DNA from: a phage
Sequence record: PZ496581.1
DNA: 64,000 nucleotides
Strand: one strand, 5' to 3'
In this document: positions 57,887-64,000 of the stretch, in pieces
Layout of the letters: the number at the start of each line of letters is the position of its first letter
Numbering within the stretch: the first letter of the stretch is position 1
Program-made: the position numbers and the translations under genes
Notes under the pieces: model-generated
The model's input: the letters and a program-made list of their open reading frames with translations, nothing else
The model's database searches: none
Told to the model about the DNA's origin: nothing

Positions 57887-59466
57887 GTAATAACAATACA
57901 TACCAACACGTTTCAAACGAATCCATTTACGTTGAATTCGACCCTACGGGGTCGAATTTTCCAGACACGGTCACTAATGTCCAAGCCGCATTAGCTGCTA
58001 TTTCTCCTTCAGGTGTTAATGGTGTACCGGAAGCAACAACTACTACACCTGGAATTATTCAAATAGCTACTCCACAGGAAGTTATTGATGGATTAGATAA
58101 TAGTAAAGCTGTTACTCCGGCAACACTGAATGCTCGTCTACAATATCCTAATGCAACCGAAACTCAATATGGCTTAACTCGTTATGCTACTGAAGCCGAA
58201 GCAGTAACCGGAGTAATTGACGATGCATCAATTACTCCGCTTAAATTGAATCAAAAAATAGACAATGTATTTCAGACAAAAGTGTCAACAGAAGCAACAA
58301 ATGGTGTAATTAAAATTTCAACTTCTGCTGCGGCATTAGCTGGTTCTGACGATACAACGGCAATGACCCCGTTAAAAACACAACAATTAGCAATTAAACT
58401 TATTTCACAAATTGCTCCAAATAATAGTGACGCCACCGAATCTATTACCGGTGTTGTTCGTTTGGCTACAGTTGCTCAAGCACAACAAGGCACCCTGCGT
58501 GAAGGCTATGCAATTTCACCTTATACCTTTATGAATTCAGTAGCATCAGAAACTAATAAAGGTGTCGTTAAACTAGGGACACAGACTGAAGTAAATAGTA
58601 ACAACTCTTCAGTTGTAGTGACCGGCGCAACATTAAACGGGCGTGGGGCTACAACTTCTTTACGTGGAGTTGTTCGTTTAACTACACAAGCGGGTAGCCA
58701 ATCAGGCGGTGATGGTTCTTCTGCCCTTGCTTGGAATGCTGATGTTATCCACCAACGAGGCGGACAAACTATTAATGGCACGCTTCGCATTAATAATACG
58801 TTGACGGTTGGTTCTGGTGGAGCTAATATAACTGGTAATGTCAATATGACTGGTGGTTATATTCAAGGCAATCGTATTGTGACTCAAAATGAATTAGACC
58901 GAATTCTTCCAGTTGGCGCTATTACAATGTGGGCTGCAGATAGTTTACCGAGTTCTGATTGGCGCTTCTGCCACGGTGGGACCGTTTCTGCTTCAGAATG
59001 TCCGGTATATGCTTCTAGAATTGGGACACGATATGGTGGTAGTTCTTCTAACCCAGGCTTGCCTGATATGCGTGGTTTATTTGTTCGCGGCTCAGGTCGT
59101 GGTAACCATTTAACTAACCCTAATGTTAATGGTAATGACCAATTCGGTAAGCCTCGTCTGGCGGTAGGTTGTACCGGTGGATATGTCGGTGAAGTGCAAA
59201 AACAACAGATGTCATATCATAAGCATGCTGGTGGTTTTGGTGAACATGACGATTCCGGTGCATTTGGTAATACTCGTCGTTCAAACTTTGTTGGTACTCG
59301 TAAAGGACTTGACTGGGATAACCGTTCATATTTTACTAACGAAGGATATGAAATTGATCCAGCGTCTCAGCGTAACTCTAAATATACCATGAATCGTCCA
59401 GAATTAATTGGAAATGAAACTCGTCCATGGAATATTTCTTTAAACTATATCATTAAGGTAAAATAA
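57883..59466 (+). CDS. 12: short tail fibre gp12
   Basis: 527 aa, same length as T4 gp12; N-terminal [21 protein letters not shown]. Confidence 0.96.
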   Translation: MSNNNTYQHVSNESIYVEFDPTGSNFPDTVTNVQAALAAISPSGVNGVPEATTTTPGIIQIATPQEVIDGLDNSKAVTPATLNARLQYPNATETQYGLTRYATEAEAVTGVIDDASITPLKLNQKIDNVFQTKVSTEATNGVIKISTSAAALAGSDDTTAMTPLKTQQLAIKLISQIAPNNSDATESITGVVRLATVAQAQQGTLREGYAISPYTFMNSVASETNKGVVKLGTQTEVNSNNSSVVVTGATLNGRGATTSLRGVVRLTTQAGSQSGGDGSSALAWNADVIHQRGGQTINGTLRINNTLTVGSGGANITGNVNMTGGYIQGNRIVTQNELDRILPVGAITMWAADSLPSSDWRFCHGGTVSASECPVYASRIGTRYGGSSSNPGLPDMRGLFVRGSGRGNHLTNPNVNGNDQFGKPRLAVGCTGGYVGEVQKQQMSYHKHAGGFGEHDDSGAFGNTRRSNFVGTRKGLDWDNRSYFTNEGYEIDPASQRNSKYTMNRPELIGNETRPWNISLNYIIKVK

Positions 59467-60914
59467 TGGCTGATATAACTCTGGTAGATTTACCATATGT
59501 TGACGGCCCGCCAGACGCGGGTCAGAGTCGTATTGAATGGATTAAAAACGATGAAGAAATAACAGGTGCTGACACAAAATACGGTTCTGAAGGTGTAATG
59601 AACCGTCCTATTGTTGAAGTTCAACGTAACGTAGAAGCGTTAGATGTTAATATTAAAACTATAGCATCTTCTTTGAATACGGCCAATGAAGATATCAAAG
59701 TTATTCAAGGTATTTTAGATGTTTCTGGGGATGTTGATGCTCTTGCACAGATAGGCCAGAACACCCAAGATATCGATGTCATTAAAGTCACAGTTCAAAC
59801 CCATGCCAGTGAATTGAATGATTTGAATGAACATATTGATGCGAATACTGATGATATTGGTGTTTATAATCAGGAAACAGATTCAGTTTATAGAACGGTT
59901 CGTAATGACCTGCTTTGGATTAAAAATGAATTAGGACAATATACTGGTCAAGATATTAATGGGGTTCCTACTCCAGGAAATGATAGCACTGGTATGAAAC
60001 GCCGTATTATGACTAATAGCTCCGTAATCGTTGACCACGGTGTTCGTTTAACTGATTTAGAAACTAAATTTGCTGATTCTGACGTCGGCTCTTTAACTCT
60101 TGAAGTTGAACACTTGCGCGAAGAAATGGGACCTCGCACTTCTTTCACTACTCCAGTGTTTAGTCGTCTTTCCAGTATTGATTTAACTTTGTCGCGTCAA
60201 AATGCTGACTTGGATGGCATTAAACAGTCTATTGGGTATCCTAATACGACTTCTATTATTACTACAACTAATGCGAATAGTTCAGCAATAAACGTCATTA
60301 ATCTTGAGCTCAATCAATCCGGTGGTATTAAACCTCGTTTGACTACGGTAGAAACTGCCATCGGCGCTGATGATTTGCCTACTACAATCCAAGGACGTAT
60401 TAAACTCAATACTGATGCTATCGGAGCATTGAACACTGTTGTCGGCTCTGATTCTTCGTCAGGATTGCGTTTTAATGTGTCATGGTTAAATAACGTAGTC
60501 GGTGTTGACGCTTCAGGTGGGAAACCGGAACCAGACGGCTCTTTGCTTTATCGTACTCGAGAGCTTGAAGGAACTATCGGTGGGCTGAGTAATGACATTC
60601 AGAACATTCAAACTGATGTTGGGACTAATTCCACAGGAATTAAGGGTTCTGTAAACACATTAAATACTCTTATAAATGGCACCAACCCAAATGGTTCGAC
60701 TGTTGAAGAACGCGGTATACTGCCTACAGTTAAAAGTCATGATACGACAATTAATGGTTTAACTTCTAGAATTGCTACTCTTGAAACTGATTTGGCCGCT
60801 GCAGAAGCTGAAATCCAAACTCTTAAGGACGCTGGATATATTGAAGATGCTCCTTCAGACGGTAAATTCTATGTTCGCAAAGACGGTGCATGGGTTGAAC
60901 TTCCTACAGCTTAA
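59466..60914 (+). CDS. wac: fibritin (whisker antigen control)
   Basis: 482-aa coiled coil ending in foldon GYIEDAPSDGKFYVRKDGAWVELPTA. Confidence 0.95.
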   Translation: MADITLVDLPYVDGPPDAGQSRIEWIKNDEEITGADTKYGSEGVMNRPIVEVQRNVEALDVNIKTIASSLNTANEDIKVIQGILDVSGDVDALAQIGQNTQDIDVIKVTVQTHASELNDLNEHIDANTDDIGVYNQETDSVYRTVRNDLLWIKNELGQYTGQDINGVPTPGNDSTGMKRRIMTNSSVIVDHGVRLTDLETKFADSDVGSLTLEVEHLREEMGPRTSFTTPVFSRLSSIDLTLSRQNADLDGIKQSIGYPNTTSIITTTNANSSAINVINLELNQSGGIKPRLTTVETAIGADDLPTTIQGRIKLNTDAIGALNTVVGSDSSSGLRFNVSWLNNVVGVDASGGKPEPDGSLLYRTRELEGTIGGLSNDIQNIQTDVGTNSTGIKGSVNTLNTLINGTNPNGSTVEERGILPTVKSHDTTINGLTSRIATLETDLAAAEAEIQTLKDAGYIEDAPSDGKFYVRKDGAWVELPTA

Positions 60915-60920
60915 TGAAAA

Positions 60921-60934
60921 GGGCCTTCGGGCCC
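60921..60934 (+). other. RNA hairpin after wac
   Basis: GGGCC-UUCG-GGCCC; no clear U tract. Confidence 0.4.
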
Positions 60935-60946
60935 TAAAGGATTTAT

Positions 60947-61873
60947 ATGTCAGGTTATAATGCACAAAACCCTAAAGAATTAAAGGACGTAATATTACGT
61001 CGTTTAGGCGCTCCTATTGTAAATGTTGAATTAACTACAGACCAAATTTATGATTGTATTTCACGAGCGTTAGAACTTTATGGCGAATACCATTTTGACG
61101 GGTTGAATAAAGGTTTCCATGTATTTTTTGTTGATGACGAAGAAAAATACCGTCACGGCGTATTTGATATGCGTGGTTCTAACGTATTTGCTGTAACAAG
61201 AATTATAAGAACAAACGTTGGCTCTATTACTTCAATGGATGGTAATGCAACTTATCCATGGTTCACTGATTTCCTTTTAGGAATGGCTGGTGTTTCAGGT
61301 GGTATGGGTAGTAATTGTGGTAAATTCTACGGCCCGAACGCTTTTGGCGCTGACCTCGGGTATTATTCTCAATTAGTATCTTATATGGGTATGCTTCAAG
61401 ATATGATTGCTCCTATTCCGGATTTTTGGTTTAACTCTGCAAACGAGCAATTAAAAGTAATGGGTAACTTTAGACAGAAAGATGTCATTATCGTTGAATC
61501 GTACGTTCGCTCTTATATCGAGACCCATAAGATGGTAGGAAATACAGTAGGGTACGGTCAGGTTGGTCCTCGTGATTCATGGTCTATTTCTGAACGTTAT
61601 GATAATCCAGACCATAATTTGGTCGGACGTCGAGTTGGTGAAGATCCTGCAACTAAACAAGGCGCATATAACAACCGATGGGTTAAAGATTATGCAACTG
61701 CATTAGCTAAAGAGCTTAATGGACAAATTCTTGCTAAACATCAAGGTATGATGTTACCGGGTGGCGTCACTGTTGATGGTGTTCGATTAATTGAAGAAGC
61801 TCGTTTAGAGAAAGAAGCTTTACGAGAAGAGTTATATTTACTGGACCCTCCTGCAGGTATTTTGGTAGGTTAA
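60947..61873 (+). CDS. 13: neck protein gp13
   Basis: [30 protein letters not shown]... matches T4 gp13. Confidence 0.95.
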   Translation: MSGYNAQNPKELKDVILRRLGAPIVNVELTTDQIYDCISRALELYGEYHFDGLNKGFHVFFVDDEEKYRHGVFDMRGSNVFAVTRIIRTNVGSITSMDGNATYPWFTDFLLGMAGVSGGMGSNCGKFYGPNAFGADLGYYSQLVSYMGMLQDMIAPIPDFWFNSANEQLKVMGNFRQKDVIIVESYVRSYIETHKMVGNTVGYGQVGPRDSWSISERYDNPDHNLVGRRVGEDPATKQGAYNNRWVKDYATALAKELNGQILAKHQGMMLPGGVTVDGVRLIEEARLEKEALREELYLLDPPAGILVG

Positions 61874-61874
61874 T

Positions 61875-62639
61875 ATGGCAACTTATGATAAAAATCTTTT
61901 CGCCAAGCTAGAAAATCGTGGTGGGTATTCTCAGACAAATGAGACTGAAATCCTCAATCCATTTGTCAATTTTAATAACTATGAGAATAGTCAGACATTA
62001 GCCGACGTTCTAGTGGCAGAAAGCATACAGATGCGCGGTATTGAATGTTTTTATGTTCCACGTGAATATGTTGCTGTGGACCTTATCTTTGGTGAGGACC
62101 TTAAAAATAAATTTACTAAAGCATGGAAATTTGCTGCATATCTGAACTCTTTTGAAGGTTATGAAGGAGCGAAATCGTTCTTCAGCAACTTCGGAATGCA
62201 AGTTCAAGACGAAGTTACATTATCTATTAACCCGGGTCTTTTCAAACACCAGGTCAACAATCAGGAGCCTAAGGAAGGTGATTTAATATACTTCCCAATG
62301 GACAACAGTTTGTTTGAGATTAACTGGGTTGAACCATATGACCCATTCTATCAAGTAGGTAAAAATGCGATTCGTAAAATTACTGCAGGCAAGTTTATTT
62401 ACTCTGGCGAAGAAATCAATCCGGTGCTTCAGAAAAATGAAGGTATCAATATACCTGAATTTAGTGACTTGGAACTTAACCCTGTTAGAAATCTTGACGG
62501 TATCCATGACATTAATATCGATGAATATTCTGAAGTTGAGCAAATCAATTCAGAGGCAAGTGAATACGTTGAACCGTACGTAGTAGTTAACAACCGTGGT
62601 AGACAAAATTCACCATTTGACGATGGGTTTATGAATTAA
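61875..62639 (+). CDS. 14: neck protein gp14
   Basis: 254-aa ORF, T4 gp14-like. Confidence 0.93.
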   Translation: MATYDKNLFAKLENRGGYSQTNETEILNPFVNFNNYENSQTLADVLVAESIQMRGIECFYVPREYVAVDLIFGEDLKNKFTKAWKFAAYLNSFEGYEGAKSFFSNFGMQVQDEVTLSINPGLFKHQVNNQEPKEGDLIYFPMDNSLFEINWVEPYDPFYQVGKNAIRKITAGKFIYSGEEINPVLQKNEGINIPEFSDLELNPVRNLDGIHDINIDEYSEVEQINSEASEYVEPYVVVNNRGRQNSPFDDGFMN

Positions 62640-62662
62640 TAAATAGATAAGATAAAGCAAAC

Positions 62663-62680
62663 ACCGGTCGAAAGGCCGGT
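62663..62680 (+). other. RNA hairpin with GAAA tetraloop between 14 and 15
   Basis: ACCGGUC-GAAA-GGCCGGU. Confidence 0.4.
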
Positions 62681-62691
62681 TAGGAGAAATG

Positions 62692-63513
62692 ATGTTTGGC
62701 TATTTTTACAACTCGTCGTTCAGGCGATATATCACAATGATGGGCGATTTGTTTTCAAATATCCAAGTTAACCGTCAATTGTCTACAGGCAATAAATTAA
62801 TTAGAGTTCCTATTACGTATGCATCTAAAGAGCACTTTATGATGAAACTTAATAAATGGACCTCTATAAACTCACAAGAAGATGTGGCTAAAGTCGAAAC
62901 TATTCTACCACGTATAAATCTCCAAATGGTAGATTTCGTTTATAACCCGACGTTTAAAACGAATATATTGAATAACTCTCTTTTGAGTAAATCGACTAAG
63001 GATATTGTAGACCAATACAACCCATCACCAATTAAAATGATTTTTGAACTGAGCATCTTTACTCGTTATGAAGATGATATGTTCCAAATCGTTGAGCAAA
63101 TTATTCCATATTTTCAGCCGCATTTTAATACGACTATGATTGAGCAATATGGGCAGGATATTCCATTTGAAAGGGATATTAAAGTCGTATGGATGGCAGC
63201 AGCAATGGATGAACAAATAGACGGTGATAATTTATCCCGTCGACGTTTAGAGTGGTCATTAACATTTGAAGTAAATGGATGGATGTATCCTCCGGTAGGC
63301 GCAGCTGAAGGCCTTATTAAAACGACTTATCTTGATTTTCATGCTAATGAACGAGACCTTCAAACAGCCGCCAGTGTTTTTGAATCAGTTGATACAGAAA
63401 TTAAACCGAGAGACGTTGAAGCACAAGATTGGAATGGTGAAGTTGAACAAACTTATACTCATGATATTCCAATCCCGACTCCACCAACCCCTCCTGGTCC
63501 TAGAAAACAATAA
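62692..63513 (+). CDS. 15: tail sheath stabiliser / connector gp15
   Basis: MFGYFYNSSFRRYITMMGDLFSNIQ... from the second Met; matches T4 gp15. Confidence 0.95.
   Translation: MFGYFYNSSFRRYITMMGDLFSNIQVNRQLSTGNKLIRVPITYASKEHFMMKLNKWTSINSQEDVAKVETILPRINLQMVDFVYNPTFKTNILNNSLLSKSTKDIVDQYNPSPIKMIFELSIFTRYEDDMFQIVEQIIPYFQPHFNTTMIEQYGQDIPFERDIKVVWMAAAMDEQIDGDNLSRRRLEWSLTFEVNGWMYPPVGAAEGLIKTTYLDFHANERDLQTAASVFESVDTEIKPRDVEAQDWNGEVEQTYTHDIPIPTPPTPPGPRKQ

Positions 63514-64000
<487 letters not shown>

Noticed and set aside
58521-59329. Minus-strand ORFs (58521-58844, 58702-58887, 59126-59329) within gene 12
   Set aside because: Nested antisense to the conserved short-tail-fibre gene.

Overview
This 64-kb window is a T4-type myovirus genome segment, closest in gene content and protein sequence to RB69-like phages (the 903-aa family-B DNA polymerase is the clearest marker). 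Coordinates 1-45.2 kb are a minus-strand early/middle region: a truncated SIS-domain isomerase gene, the replication module (43, regA, 62, 44, 45, rpbA, 46, 47), sigma factor 55, the anaerobic RNR cluster (nrdH, nrdG, intron-less nrdD), endonuclease VII (49), nrdC, a ~9-kb hyperplastic block of unknown genes, rI, tk, regB, a GrcA-like gene, denV, several internal-protein genes, lysozyme e, nudE, two tRNA genes with an adjacent homing-endonuclease-like gene, 57B (Acb1-like), 57A, 1, 3, 2 and 4. Coordinates 45.3-64 kb are a plus-strand late structural block: baseplate 53, 5, 5.1, 5.4, 6-11, short tail fibre 12, fibritin wac, neck 13/14, 15 and the start of terminase small subunit 16. No a-gt glucosyltransferase lies between 47 and 55. 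The most interesting material is in the accessory blocks: a nucleotidyltransferase-fold protein beside a Walker ATPase and an HNH endonuclease, a macro-domain-like protein with a periplasmic lytic transglycosylase, a GrcA-like gene whose 3' half has host-like codon usage, a tRNA-like structured RNA region, repeated promoter/stem-loop cassettes, and several apparent single-base frameshifts. All calls rest on reading ORF translations and motifs by eye and on recalled T4/RB69 biology; no database search was run, and coordinates of non-ORF features may be off by a few bases.
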